Assembly (NCBI GenBank): GCA_963678065.2
Contig: CAXXVZ010000003.1
Coordinates: forward strand, 1,504,001 to 1,568,000
DNA from: Treponemataceae bacterium
GTDB lineage: Bacteria; Spirochaetota; Spirochaetia; Treponematales; Rectinemataceae
Length of the DNA: 64,000 nt
Reading direction: 5' to 3'
Shown piece by piece: positions 29,801 to 39,460 of this stretch. The position numbers were made by a program, and so were the translations under genes. The stretch's first letter is position 1, and every line of letters begins with the position of its first letter. The notes below the pieces were generated by a model. The model saw only the letters and a list, made by a program, of their open reading frames with translations. It ran no database searches and was not told where the DNA came from.

Positions 29801-30477
29801 ACCTGCGCGCGCCGCTCAGGCACATTGACGGATTTCTGGATATGCTTCGGGAGAGGACCGCAGGGACGCTGGACGAAAAAAGCCAACACTATATGGAGAC
29901 CATCTCTGGCGCAACCAGGCGGATGGGCCTGCTGATCGATGATCTCTTGTCTTTCTCGCGCATAGGGTATCATGAACTGTCCCGGCGGCCGGTGGACATG
30001 AATAGGCTCGTCCAGGAGGTCATTCAGGAATTCGAGCTGGAAACTCGCGGCCGGACCATCCACTGGTGTCTGGCTGACCTGCCGGCAGTCATCGGCGATC
30101 GGGCCTTGCTGCGTATGGCAGTGGTCAATCTCCTTTCGAACGCCTTGAAGTACACCCAGCCGCGCCAGAAGGCGGAGATCGAAGTCGGCTTTTCCCGTGA
30201 AGCGAACGAAATCATCTTCTTCGTGCGCGACAACGGAGTAGGGTTCGACATGCAGTATGCCGACAAACTTTTTGGGGTGTTTCAACGCCTGCACAGCGCC
30301 AATGAGTTTGAGGGTACCGGCATAGGACTGGCCAACATCCGCCGGATCATCGCCCGTCATGGCGGTCGGACCTGGGCGCAAGGCGAAGTCGACAAGGGTG
30401 CCACATTTTTCTTTTCCCTGCCGCAACTCGCTCAGAAAGACCCGGGATCCGTAGACATACAACCCGATAATACCTGA
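26851..30477 (+). CDS. Sensor histidine kinase (PBP-PAS-GAF-PAS-GAF-HisKA-HATPase)
   Basis: Periplasmic amino-acid-binding domain between TMs; IGSWEWD PAS; SHDLRAPLRH; NALKY, DNGVGF, GTGIGL. Confidence 0.92.
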   Translation: MKKRLWTSSILPALIVAIVAIVAIAGIIALRAPTPKPAQAQAVQAPLAKPAGPAAEAFNGTELLFLGNKNIAPVIYLKGTTPGGVAVDIVHALAKHMRRSIKISAMDWSEAQALVARGEADALIQINATEERKYIYDFSEPLLESHFSIFSRANTLDIIGISSLRGLRVGVESGGLPHQVLGKDSRIGLTIIPDFLEGFRRLKEGSIDAVVVDYRVGSYVLAENGIKNIKVTGEPIESSYSSIAVKRGNTELLGAVNDALRSIKADGSYQKILDKWRPTEVVFETRQQIAERIYLTITLILFALLLITVIWVLTIRKQLTGRKAAEEKLKEQYSTLHGIIDHANAFIFSVDRQYRYTSFNAGHATMMKALYGAEIEQGHSLLDYLTVPEDRKTARRNIDRALAGEQLVEEAYTGEELRLRHYFRVSHSPIKVDKEVIGVAMLAQDMTERKQVEDERVEHIRFLESLALIDQAIQKETNVEAMVRNVVNTVFSIFDCDRAWLFYPCDPDAPTFRVPMIICRPEYPAAQVLDVDLPIPPDMSENLREALGTDNALTYIAGTDRPINKVTAEQFGVQSQMLISMFPKLGKPWVFGMHQCSHPRVWTEEERQLFKEISRRVTDSLTSLLMFQDLVESERAKTELLGKLNEAQHIAMIGSWEWDLSTSRVWWSDETYRIFGVAPQDFVPDFETNGKFIHPDDVLTYNKSFEHTMQTGEPLDVDLRLISGDGLQKTCQAKGAMDYGNSGKPIRFIGTIMDITEYKRTEESLRRLNRELRAISNCNQALMRAEDEQTLLGQICHIICDEAGYRLAWVGFAENDEGKSVRPVAWAGSDNGYVENAKLSWSEDSERGQSPGGIAIRSGRTVYVQDFTTDPRMAPWRESALQRGYRSSIALPLKDENAKVFGILVIYSAEINAFFPDELRLLEEMSGDLAFGIVILRVRAEHRFAEEEIRKLNQELEQRVADRTTQLELANEELKAFAYSVSHDLRAPLRHIDGFLDMLRERTAGTLDEKSQHYMETISGATRRMGLLIDDLLSFSRIGYHELSRRPVDMNRLVQEVIQEFELETRGRTIHWCLADLPAVIGDRALLRMAVVNLLSNALKYTQPRQKAEIEVGFSREANEIIFFVRDNGVGFDMQYADKLFGVFQRLHSANEFEGTGIGLANIRRIIARHGGRTWAQGEVDKGATFFFSLPQLAQKDPGSVDIQPDNT

Positions 30478-30527
30478 AAACCGGACTCTTGCCCCTCTTC
30501 CGTCCAGGCGCTATGATGTCACCCATC

Positions 30528-31805
30528 ATGCTTGACTACAAATACATACGCGACAATCTCGACGCAGTCCGGAAAAACATCGAGGCCCGCTACATGAAAG
30601 CCGAGGCCGATCTCGTGGCCTCCCTTTACGACAGCCGCAACGAGGTTCTCGCGAGGCTCGACGAGGAACGCCGCCGCCGCAACGAGAACGCCGCCGCCAT
30701 GAAGGGCAAGGTCGAGTCCGAACTCCGCACGAAGCTGATCGAGGCCGGCAAGCTTCTCAAGGACTCCATCGCGGCCCTGGAAAAGGAAGCCACCGAGATC
30801 GAGGCCCGGCTCGACGAGGAAGCCCGCCGCATCCCGAACATGGCCCACCCCGAGGCTCCCATCGGCAAAGAGGACAAGGACAACCTCGAAGTCAAGCGCG
30901 TCGGGGAACCCACGAAGTTCGATTTCGAGCCCAAGGACCACGTCCAGCTCGGTCAGGAACTCGACATCATCGACTTCGACACGGCGACCCGCGTCTCGGG
31001 CACGAAGTTCTACTACCTCAAGAACCAGGGCGTCATCCTCGAACTCGCACTTGTGCGCTACGCCCTCGACATACTGATGAAGAAGGGCTTCACCCTCTTC
31101 ACCACCCCCGACATCGCCAAGACCGAGATCCTCGAGGGTATCGGCTTCAACCCGCGCGGCGCCGAATCCAACATCTACTCGGTGGAGGGCGAAGGCACCT
31201 GCCTCATCGGCACCGCCGAGATCACTCTGGGCGGCTACTACTCGGGTACGATTCTGGACAAAGACAAGCTCCCCCTGAGGCTCGCGGGCCTGTCGCACTG
31301 CTTCCGCCGCGAGGCGGGCGCAGCCGGCCAGTTCTCCAAGGGCCTCTACCGTGTCCACCAGTTCACCAAGGTCGAGATGTTCGCCTACACGACACCGGAA
31401 GACTCCGACCGCATGCACGAGGAGCTCCGCGCCATCGAGGAAGAGATCTTCGCAGGCCTCGGCATCCCCTTCCGCGTCGTCGACACCTGCACCGGAGACC
31501 TTGGAGCGCCCGCCTACCGCAAGTGGGACCTCGAGGCCTGGATGCCCGGCCGCAACGGCGGCGAGTGGGGCGAAGTCACCTCTACCTCCAACTGCACCGA
31601 CTACCAGGCGCGCCGCCTCAATGTAAAGTACAAGGACGAAGACGGAAAGAATAAATTTGTGCACATGTTGAATGGCACCGCCATCGCCTGCTCGCGCGGC
31701 CTCATCGCCGTCATCGAGAACTTCCAGCAGTCGGACGGCTCCATCAGGATCCCCGCGGCCCTGGTGCCGTATTGCGGATTCGAGGAGATCAGGCGGCTGA
31801 AGTAG
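30528..31805 (+). CDS. serS: Serine--tRNA ligase
   Basis: Coiled-coil arm; GTAEI, FRREAG, GLYRVHQFTKVE, SNCTDYQARR, LNGTA; promoter TTGCCC-17-TATGAT at 30489-30517. Confidence 0.97.
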   Translation: MLDYKYIRDNLDAVRKNIEARYMKAEADLVASLYDSRNEVLARLDEERRRRNENAAAMKGKVESELRTKLIEAGKLLKDSIAALEKEATEIEARLDEEARRIPNMAHPEAPIGKEDKDNLEVKRVGEPTKFDFEPKDHVQLGQELDIIDFDTATRVSGTKFYYLKNQGVILELALVRYALDILMKKGFTLFTTPDIAKTEILEGIGFNPRGAESNIYSVEGEGTCLIGTAEITLGGYYSGTILDKDKLPLRLAGLSHCFRREAGAAGQFSKGLYRVHQFTKVEMFAYTTPEDSDRMHEELRAIEEEIFAGLGIPFRVVDTCTGDLGAPAYRKWDLEAWMPGRNGGEWGEVTSTSNCTDYQARRLNVKYKDEDGKNKFVHMLNGTAIACSRGLIAVIENFQQSDGSIRIPAALVPYCGFEEIRRLK

Positions 31806-31922
31806 GCGTGCATCCCCTTCTCAGCAGGCGCGAAAGGGGGTACGCGGCCGCAGGAAAGATCCGTCGGTCGGTCATGACCCCGACATCGCGCAGGCTGTAA
31901 AAGCTGCGCGGAAAATCTTTGT

Positions 31923-32705
31923 ATGAAAGTATTGAGAAATCCATACCTCGACTTTGTCGAACTGAAAACCGGATCGGATGCGGCCGAGTATTCACGAAGG
32001 CTGCATTCACATCCGGAGCTGTCTATCGGACTGATAGACTCAGGAGGCACGAAGGTCAGGGTCCGGGAGTCGAACTTCTGCCTCGAACCCGGGGACATTC
32101 TCTTCATTCCACCTGAATGGGTTCACCTCTGTGAACCCGAAGACGATTCTGTTTTCCGTTTCAAGATTGTATATATCCGGTCTGAATGGTTTCGGGATGC
32201 TTTCAGGGTCGATCCGGAGACATTCAAACCATTCAAGAAAAACTTATCCGATGTCAATGCGGACAGATTCACCGCATTTCTCCAGGCATTTCCTCAGGCC
32301 GGGAAGCTCGACATCGAAACCGAGCTCATTCTCATCCTTGAGGACCTACTCGCGGGGTACATGGAAAGGCCCGAAGAGCGTGGGACAGAAAAAACGGAGA
32401 ATTCGCTGGAAGACGTGAAAAACCATATCAATACGCGGTACCGGGATACCATCTCCCTCGATGACCTCGCCCGCGTCGGAAACATGAACAAGTATACACT
32501 TGTACGTTTTTTCCGGAAAACCTGCCGGCTTACACCGCACGCCTACCTTCTCAACGTGAGGATCAACAGGGCGAAAGAGTTGATTCTCCGAAACATGATG
32601 ATTGCCGAAATTGCGGCGGAATGCGGATTTTCGGATCAGAGCCATTTCGTGAAAATATTCAAGGCATACGTCGGTATCGCTCCATCGGAATACCGGAAGA
32701 AATAA
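31923..32705 (+). CDS. AraC-family transcriptional regulator (cupin + HTH)
   Basis: HSHPE cupin; GFSDQSHF HTH. Confidence 0.9.
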   Translation: MKVLRNPYLDFVELKTGSDAAEYSRRLHSHPELSIGLIDSGGTKVRVRESNFCLEPGDILFIPPEWVHLCEPEDDSVFRFKIVYIRSEWFRDAFRVDPETFKPFKKNLSDVNADRFTAFLQAFPQAGKLDIETELILILEDLLAGYMERPEERGTEKTENSLEDVKNHINTRYRDTISLDDLARVGNMNKYTLVRFFRKTCRLTPHAYLLNVRINRAKELILRNMMIAEIAAECGFSDQSHFVKIFKAYVGIAPSEYRKK

Positions 32706-32809
32706 GCGCCTGCCGCATCGCGAAAAACGAGGATAAACTTCACCGTCCGTCAATTTTTTACAAGTCAATCTCCGATTGCATCCGCATTCTTGCAAACGGA
32801 GGTTATCCA

Positions 32810-32953
32810 ATGAAACTCTCAATCATCGTCAACGACTCACTCACATTCGGTCTTGCTATGAATGCGGCTGCGGTACTCGGGCTGAGTATCGGCAACCAGG
32901 TCCCCGCCGCTGCGGTGAAAAAGCTCACGGGAAATCTGGAGCTGTACCGATGA
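32810..32953 (+). pseudogene. DUF2000-family gene with large in-frame internal deletion
   Basis: GGAGG SD; N-terminus GLAMNAAAVLGLSIG joined directly to C-terminus VKKLTGNLELYR; only 47 aa. Confidence 0.7.
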
Positions 32954-33849
32954 GGCGGGTAATCTCTGAGGGGCGGAAAATCCCTGCAAAAACCGTCGCT
33001 GCAAACGCGGCGGCATTTATCACTATCACCATCTGGGCTTCCACGTACATCTCTTCGAAAATACTGGTGCAGCGCTTCTCGCCTCTGGAGGTTTCGCTTG
33101 TGCGGTTTTTTATAGGCGCCGTATTTCTTTCCATGCTTTCCCCTCCCCGCAGCCTCCGCATTTCGTGGAAATCCGAGCGCCCCTTCGCGGTAGCCGGATT
33201 TTTGGGGATATTTCTGTATTTTCTTCTCGAAAACCTGGCCTTGAAGTACACGTATGCGTCGAACGTCTCGATAATCGTCGCGACGATTCCATTGCTGACA
33301 ACGCTTTTCGGAATCGCGGCCTTCGGAAAAAACCCATCAGGTTTGAGATTCTTCGCGTCCACGGCTCTGTCTTTGTCGGGCGTCTGTTTCATCATTTTCG
33401 GGAAGGGGAGATTCTCGGGTCTTTCGCCCAAAGGCGACCTCCTCGCGCTCGGAGCGGCTTCCGTTTTCGCGCTCTACACGATCCTTCTGCAAAAAATGAG
33501 CACGAAAGCGAGCGCACTCGTGACGGCGCGGAAGACGGTCACATGGGGTCTCGTATTCATTGCGCCCACAGCTTTCTTTTCGGGCTCTCTGCGCTCCCTG
33601 AGCCCGATTGCCGCCGAACCCTATCTCTGGCATTTTCTTTTTCTGGGTCTGCTTCCTTCAGGTCTTTGTTTTGTTCTCTGGAGCGCAGCCATCGCAGATC
33701 TCGGTCCAGTGAAAACGAGCAGGTATATCTACTTTGTCCCCGTGATCACGAGTCTACTCTCATGGATAGTCCTCAATGAGGGTATTACCTTCCTCAAGAT
33801 CACGGGAATCGTGTTGATCATCGCGGGTGCGCAGCTGAAACCGGAGTGA
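32950..33849 (+). CDS. DMT/EamA-family transporter
   Basis: ATGA overlap; about 10 TM; IWASTY, GDLLAL. Confidence 0.9.
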   Translation: MRRVISEGRKIPAKTVAANAAAFITITIWASTYISSKILVQRFSPLEVSLVRFFIGAVFLSMLSPPRSLRISWKSERPFAVAGFLGIFLYFLLENLALKYTYASNVSIIVATIPLLTTLFGIAAFGKNPSGLRFFASTALSLSGVCFIIFGKGRFSGLSPKGDLLALGAASVFALYTILLQKMSTKASALVTARKTVTWGLVFIAPTAFFSGSLRSLSPIAAEPYLWHFLFLGLLPSGLCFVLWSAAIADLGPVKTSRYIYFVPVITSLLSWIVLNEGITFLKITGIVLIIAGAQLKPE

Positions 33850-34094
33850 CAGGCCGCCATGCTCGAGTGCCATGAGCGCGGATAGTATTAATTTGTACAC
33901 ATACTAAACAAAACTACAACCACACGCCCCCCGCGACCTCATCGACATCGACAGCTTACAGCGAACCGGCGGTTCGATCGCACGATTGGATCAATTTTAC
34001 TTAATTGCACGTTTTTGCTACCTTAAAATGGATGATCGTCCGAATACGGACCTTCCTTTTGAAGCCTTGAGTGGTGCCCAAAGGAAACCACAGA

Positions 34095-35039
34095 ATGGAA
34101 TACAAGGATTATTACAAGACTCTTGGAGTGGAAAAGACTGCCGGGAAAGAAGAAATCAAAAAACAGTATCGAAAACTGGCGCGTCAATTCCACCCCGACG
34201 TCAATACCACCGACAAGAACGCAGGGCTCAAGTTTGGCGAAATCAGCGAAGCGTATGAAGTCTTGTCTGACGACGAAAAACGTCGAAAATATGACGCCTT
34301 CGGTTCGGATTGGGAGCAGCACCAAAAAACGGGAAAGGCGGATGACTTTGACTGGTCCAAATATGCGTCCCGGGAGAATGGACAGGAAGGGAATTCCGCC
34401 CGGAACCGGGAGGAATTTTTCGGGGAAGATTCTGACATGTCGGATTTTTTCAGGAATATTTTCGGGCAGAGGTTTCAGGGGCAGGAAGGCGCTCCGTTCG
34501 CCCGCAGAGAGCAGGATTTGAGCGCAGAACTCACTATCAGCCTTGAAGAAGCCTATGAAGGCGGCGTCAGGATCCTCAACGTCGGAGACAGCAGGATCCG
34601 TCTCAAACTCAAGCCGGGAATATGGGATCGACAGAAAATCAAGATCGCCGGCAAGGGGGCGCCTGGCACCAACGGCGCCGCACATGGCGATCTCTACATC
34701 ACCTTTCTTCTTCAACCGCATCCGGAATACAGACTTGACGGCGCCGATCTTTTCAGAGACATACCGCTCAGTATTTACTCGGCCATGCTCGGCACCGCTC
34801 TGGAAATAAAAACCATCTCCGGAACGTTCGAACTGAAAATACCCCCGGAGACCAAAAACGGAACGGTTTTCAGATTGAAGGGTAAGGGTTTCCCTGTCTA
34901 CGACAAGCCCGGGACCCACGGAAATCTCTTCCTCAAGGTAGTGCTTCAATTGCCCGAAAAACTGACAGCACAGGAAAAAAAGCTTGTTCGGGAATTGGCG
35001 GCGCTCCGGAATGAAAAGGTTGGGGAGGAAAAGCGATGA
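34095..35039 (+). CDS. cbpA: DnaJ-class chaperone CbpA (J domain, no zinc finger)
   Basis: MEYKDYY, HPD, DnaJ C-terminal domain; followed by cbpM-like gene. Confidence 0.88.
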   Translation: MEYKDYYKTLGVEKTAGKEEIKKQYRKLARQFHPDVNTTDKNAGLKFGEISEAYEVLSDDEKRRKYDAFGSDWEQHQKTGKADDFDWSKYASRENGQEGNSARNREEFFGEDSDMSDFFRNIFGQRFQGQEGAPFARREQDLSAELTISLEEAYEGGVRILNVGDSRIRLKLKPGIWDRQKIKIAGKGAPGTNGAAHGDLYITFLLQPHPEYRLDGADLFRDIPLSIYSAMLGTALEIKTISGTFELKIPPETKNGTVFRLKGKGFPVYDKPGTHGNLFLKVVLQLPEKLTAQEKKLVRELAALRNEKVGEEKR

Positions 35040-35392
35040 ACATGAAAAACGGAATACCCCTCAGCCAAGTCTGCGACTACTTCCACATCGATCTCGTAGT
35101 TGTCCGTGACTTTGCGGATTTCGGCCTGTATCCTACCGTCTTTTCCGATGGCGAAATCGGGGTTGAAACGCAGAACCTGGACAGGCTGAAAAAAATCATC
35201 AGTCTGCACAAGGCGCTCGGGATCAACAAAGAAGGTATTGAGGTCATTCTCGACCTGCGGGAGAAAATCTCCGGGCTTCAGACTGAAGTCGAATTCCTGC
35301 AGAACGAGGTGGAAAAATTGAAGCGCTATGCGGGGAACGAAGAGCCCGAGGCCCTGAAAAATCGCGGCCTTTTGATAGAAATCAGCGATTGA
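35036..35392 (+). CDS. cbpM: Chaperone modulator CbpM (MerR-like)
   Basis: LGINKEGIEVILDL motif; ATGA overlap with cbpA. Confidence 0.85.
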   Translation: MNMKNGIPLSQVCDYFHIDLVVVRDFADFGLYPTVFSDGEIGVETQNLDRLKKIISLHKALGINKEGIEVILDLREKISGLQTEVEFLQNEVEKLKRYAGNEEPEALKNRGLLIEISD

Positions 35393-35456
35393 ACATGGAT
35401 TAACTGCGCGCAGGGCCCCTTTCCGCCACGTCTGCGGGCCGGCTACACTCCCCTGC

Positions 35457-36437
35457 ATGAGCAGCTCAGACAGTCCCGAAAAGCTCCCCGCCAGCGCCAT
35501 CCCGGTGGCGATCCTCATAGCCGCGATCTGGGGATTCAACTTCGTCGTCATCAAGGTGGGGGTCGCGGGCGTCCCGCCCCTCATGCTCGCCGCGCTGCGC
35601 TTTTTCTTCAGCGTCCTGCCGGCGATCTTTTTCGTAAAAAAACCCTCGGCGCCGATCGGGACCGTCGCGGTCTACGGCCTTCTTCTCGGCGTAGGAGAAT
35701 TCGGATTTCTTTTCACGGCGATCAAACTTGGCGCTCCGGCGGGCCTTAGCTCCATTCTCCTGCAGTCTCAGGCCTTTTTCACCGCCATCCTCGGCGCTGT
35801 CTTCCTGAAGGAGAAGCTCCGCGCGCACAACATCGCAGGCATGATCGTCGCCGGCGCAGGGCTCGCGATGTTCGGCTTCGTTTCTGCGCAGGCCGCGTCG
35901 CAGGCAACAGCGAATGTCGCCGGAGCTGCCGCCGGAGCGACGACTGGCGCTGCCATCGCCGCGGTTTCCTCCGGCCTCTCTCCCGCGCTTCTCGCGATGA
36001 TCCTCGCGGCCGCCGCGAGCTGGGCGGGCGCCAATGTAGTGGCGCGCACCATCCCCAAGGCCGGCGGACTCAGTCTCATAGTCTGGTCGAGTCTCTTCTC
36101 CCCCCTGCCCCTCGCGGCCCTCTCCCTCGCCCTGGAGGGCCCCGCGGCGATCGCCGGAGCCTTCAGCTCCGTGAGCCTCACGACAATCGGCGCCCTCGCC
36201 TACCTCGTCATCCTCTCGACCCTGGTCGGCTACGGACTGTGGAACCAGCTCATCATGCGTCACGGAGCGGGCAGGATTGCGCCCTTCTCCCTCATGGTCC
36301 CCGTCTTTGCCCTCGCGGCCTCCACCCTCGTCCTGGGCGAACACTTCGGTCCCACCGAGGCTGCCGCCTCCACCCTCGTCCTCGCAGGGCTCCTCATCCA
36401 CGTCTTCGGGGGCAGGCTTCGAGCCCGGAAAGGCTAA
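35457..36437 (+). CDS. EamA-family exporter (O-acetylserine/cysteine exporter-like)
   Basis: IWGFNFVVIK, PAGLSSILLQSQAFFT, APFSLMVPVF. Confidence 0.9.
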   Translation: MSSSDSPEKLPASAIPVAILIAAIWGFNFVVIKVGVAGVPPLMLAALRFFFSVLPAIFFVKKPSAPIGTVAVYGLLLGVGEFGFLFTAIKLGAPAGLSSILLQSQAFFTAILGAVFLKEKLRAHNIAGMIVAGAGLAMFGFVSAQAASQATANVAGAAAGATTGAAIAAVSSGLSPALLAMILAAAASWAGANVVARTIPKAGGLSLIVWSSLFSPLPLAALSLALEGPAAIAGAFSSVSLTTIGALAYLVILSTLVGYGLWNQLIMRHGAGRIAPFSLMVPVFALAASTLVLGEHFGPTEAAASTLVLAGLLIHVFGGRLRARKG

Positions 36438-36563
36438 AGGCAGAGAGGTCGAATCGACAACCTCGCATCGAGCGAACTGCGGGGTATGAAACCCGCCTGC
36501 GAATCGCGCAAGGCCACGGGAGCCGAGGCTGTACCCGGCTTCAGCTTCATATCGCCATCAGCT

Positions 36564-37667
36564 TCATATAGCCAGGGCCGACGCGAGTTCCAGGATGCGC
36601 AGCTTGTCTGCCCTGTAATCAAAAGGCTGCTTTGTGGGGCCGAAATGGTTTCGGGCCACGGCGACGACGATATTCCCGCGTGGAAGAACCCCGCAGACGC
36701 TGAAGGATGCGCCCGAAGCCACATATCCTCCCGCTTCCGGGAAAATCCACCAGAGAAGCCCATAATCGCTGTTGTCTGAAGTGCGACGCGAGTGAGGACT
36801 CCATATTTCGGAGCGAAGCTCCGGGCTGCACCAGCGCGATCCGGAGGCATCGGTCAGGCTGAGCCATCTTTCGCCGAACGTCAGAAGATCGCGGGCCGTT
36901 CCATACAGGCCGAGCCCGCAGTGTTGCCGGCGCTGCGATGGTACAATCCGAGCCTCGATGCAGGGAAGGGCCCGGGCCGCGGCGCCGGCGGCGATATCGC
37001 TGTCGTAGAAGTAGCAAAGGCCTCCAAGCCCGAAAGGTCCCAGGATCTCGTTGCGCAGGAGCTCTTCGTAGTCGCGCCCCGTGAGCGCCTCCAGGAAACG
37101 CTCGAGGATATGCATGCCCAGAGCGGAGTAGACGAAGACCGAGCCGGGCTTCGTCACGACGACGACCTCGGCTAGGTTGATATCTACATCCGCGTTCACC
37201 CCCGTGCCGGTATTCCCGCCGAGGTGGATGCCGTCCTCGATCCTGCCGGGCAGGGCGCAGCCCGAGCTGTGGCAGAGGAGGCTGCGCAGTGTCACCGTCC
37301 GTTTGTCGAAAGCTCCCGCCCCGTGTTCGCGGAATTCAGGCAAAACCGAAGAGAGTGCCTGGTCCAGAGACAGGAGGCCTGAGCACACAAGGCGCGCGAC
37401 GAGGGCGGCGGTCACGGATTTCGTGACGGACCACCAGGGCCAGAGCGAGCCGCAGTCGATGGGCGCGCTCGGGTCCTGCGCTTCGCGCCCCTTCAGGTAG
37501 CGCTCCGAGAGGAGCACTCCTTCTCTCGACAGAAGAATCCCCGCGGAACAGGGGCTCAAAGCCTCGAGCGTGCCCTCGACATAGTCGACGAGGGCGGAGG
37601 TGGCCTCGCTTTTTCCGGGCCATTCCATCGTATCGGACAGTATTGTGTGGCGCAGCGGCGAATTCAT
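36564..37667 (-). CDS. Beta-lactamase-fold serine hydrolase (cytoplasmic esterase-like)
   Basis: SVTK (SxxK), LLCHSSG, FVYS, YGLLWW; ATGA overlap with permease. Confidence 0.85.
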   Translation of the reverse strand: MNSPLRHTILSDTMEWPGKSEATSALVDYVEGTLEALSPCSAGILLSREGVLLSERYLKGREAQDPSAPIDCGSLWPWWSVTKSVTAALVARLVCSGLLSLDQALSSVLPEFREHGAGAFDKRTVTLRSLLCHSSGCALPGRIEDGIHLGGNTGTGVNADVDINLAEVVVVTKPGSVFVYSALGMHILERFLEALTGRDYEELLRNEILGPFGLGGLCYFYDSDIAAGAAARALPCIEARIVPSQRRQHCGLGLYGTARDLLTFGERWLSLTDASGSRWCSPELRSEIWSPHSRRTSDNSDYGLLWWIFPEAGGYVASGASFSVCGVLPRGNIVVAVARNHFGPTKQPFDYRADKLRILELASALAI

Positions 37668-38494
37668 CCTTTCAGTCCCGTCGTCGCGATTCCCTCGACG
37701 AAATACTTCTGGGCCAGAAAAAAGATGATCACCGAGGGGAGGATGGCCACGATGGACATGGCGGAGATCTCGTTCCAGGGAGGAATGCCCATCGCGTCTA
37801 TAGAGAGGCGCAACCCCAAAGGCACGGGGTATTTGTCGACGCTCGAAATATAGATGAGAGATTGGAAAAAATCATCCCAGGTCCAGATGAACTGGAATAT
37901 CGCCGCGGAAAAGATGGCCGGCTTCAGGAGGGGCAAGAGGATGCTCCAGAGGATGCGGAATGAACCGCATCCGTCGATGTAGGCGGATTCGTCGAGCGAG
38001 CGGGGAATCCCCCGCATGAACTGGGCGAACATGAAGATGAAAAAAGGCACCCCCGCGGCCGCGGTGAGCCAGAAGGGCAGGTAGGAATCGAGCATGCCGA
38101 TATTCCGGAAGATCAGGTAGCGCGGGATGAGGAGCACCGTGTTCGGCAGAAGCAGTGTCCCGATCATGACCGCGAAGAGAGGTTTATTGAGCGCAAACGT
38201 GAAACGGGCAAAGCCGTAGGCGACGAGGACGCCGGAGATGATGGTCAGGAGCACGGTCGGCAGGGTCAGCACGGTGGAATTCCGGAGGAAGAGGCCGAAG
38301 CCCGGTCGACCCTCCCCGCTCCAGCCCTTTATGAAGCCGTCGAGACTGAAGGAGGACGGCAAGAGCGAACTGCTCGAGAGGATCTCCATGGTGTTCTTGA
38401 ATGAGGACGAGAGGAGCCATATCAGGGGATAGACGAGCACGAGGCCGAAGAGCACGAGCCCGGCGTGGGTGAGAGCGCTGTTTCGCTTTTTCAT
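37664..38494 (-). CDS. Carbohydrate ABC transporter permease
   Basis: EAA loop LDESAYIDG; QKYFVEGIATTGLKG. Confidence 0.95.
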   Translation of the reverse strand: MKKRNSALTHAGLVLFGLVLVYPLIWLLSSSFKNTMEILSSSSLLPSSFSLDGFIKGWSGEGRPGFGLFLRNSTVLTLPTVLLTIISGVLVAYGFARFTFALNKPLFAVMIGTLLLPNTVLLIPRYLIFRNIGMLDSYLPFWLTAAAGVPFFIFMFAQFMRGIPRSLDESAYIDGCGSFRILWSILLPLLKPAIFSAAIFQFIWTWDDFFQSLIYISSVDKYPVPLGLRLSIDAMGIPPWNEISAMSIVAILPSVIIFFLAQKYFVEGIATTGLKG

Positions 38495-38496
38495 CT

Positions 38497-39384
38497 TCAG
38501 TTCTCCGAATCCATGTAGTGCAGCCAGCCCGACGAACTCAAGAACAGAAGACCGGTGATCACCATCAGGATGACGAAGAGGACCCAGGAGAGCGCCGAGG
38601 CGTATCCCATCTTGAAGTATTTGAAGGCGTTGTCGTACAGAAGGAGGGCGTAGAGGTAGGTGGAGTGAAGCGGCCCGCCCGCCGTGATGACGAAGGCCGT
38701 CGTGAAGGTCTGGAAGGCGTTCACGGTCTGCATGATGAGGTTGAAGAACAGGATCGGCGTGATGAGGGGAAAGCTGATGGAGAAGAATATGCGCAGTTTT
38801 CCCGCGCCGTCGATGCGGGCCGCTTCGTAGAGAAAGTCGGGCACCTGTTTCAGACCGGCCAAAAAGAGCACCATGGACGATCCGAACTGCCAGACCTGGA
38901 GCAGGCTTATCGTGAGGAGGGAGAAGCGCTGGTCGCCGAGCCAGTCCGGTCCCGTGATGGATACCGCGGCGAGAAGCCGGTTGATGAGGCCGTCACCCGA
39001 GAAGAGCATCCTCCACAAGATGGACAGGGCGATGCTGCCGCCGAAGATCGAAGGCAGATAGTACAGGGTCCGGTAGAACCCGATGCCCTTCAGTTTCTGG
39101 TTGAGTATGACGGCGACGAGGAGGGCGAAGGCGAGCTTGACCGGAACGGAGATCAGCACGTACTTCGTGGTGATCCACAGGGATTTCGGAAACAGATCGT
39201 CTTCCGTGAACATTTTCGCGTAATTCGCGAGGCCCACGAAGCGTGGAGGACGGAGGACGGAGTAGTCGGTCAGAGAGAACACCAGAGTCGATACAAATGG
39301 CACGAGCGTGAGACAGAAAAAGCCGACGAGCCAGGGAGCGATGTAGAGGTAGCCTTTCCGGTTGTATTGCCTGAGGGAACTCAT
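38497..39384 (-). CDS. Carbohydrate ABC transporter permease
   Basis: LYEAARIDGA; MGYASAL. Confidence 0.95.
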   Translation of the reverse strand: MSSLRQYNRKGYLYIAPWLVGFFCLTLVPFVSTLVFSLTDYSVLRPPRFVGLANYAKMFTEDDLFPKSLWITTKYVLISVPVKLAFALLVAVILNQKLKGIGFYRTLYYLPSIFGGSIALSILWRMLFSGDGLINRLLAAVSITGPDWLGDQRFSLLTISLLQVWQFGSSMVLFLAGLKQVPDFLYEAARIDGAGKLRIFFSISFPLITPILFFNLIMQTVNAFQTFTTAFVITAGGPLHSTYLYALLLYDNAFKYFKMGYASALSWVLFVILMVITGLLFLSSSGWLHYMDSEN

Positions 39385-39403
39385 TCACCCACCTTTATGA
39401 TAT

Positions 39404-39427
39404 GGGGGTCGCCGTGCGACGACCCCC
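39404..39427 (-). terminator. Stem-loop after solute-binding-protein gene (partial terminator/mRNA stabiliser)
   Basis: GGGGGTCG/CGACCCCC stem between SBP and permease genes. Confidence 0.5.
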
Positions 39428-39460
39428 GAAAATCCGAATCGACTGCAAGACGGAAATCCA

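Noticed and set aside
34023..34949. 308-aa ORF antisense to cbpA
   Set aside because: Mirror ORF of a conserved chaperone gene with no independent motifs
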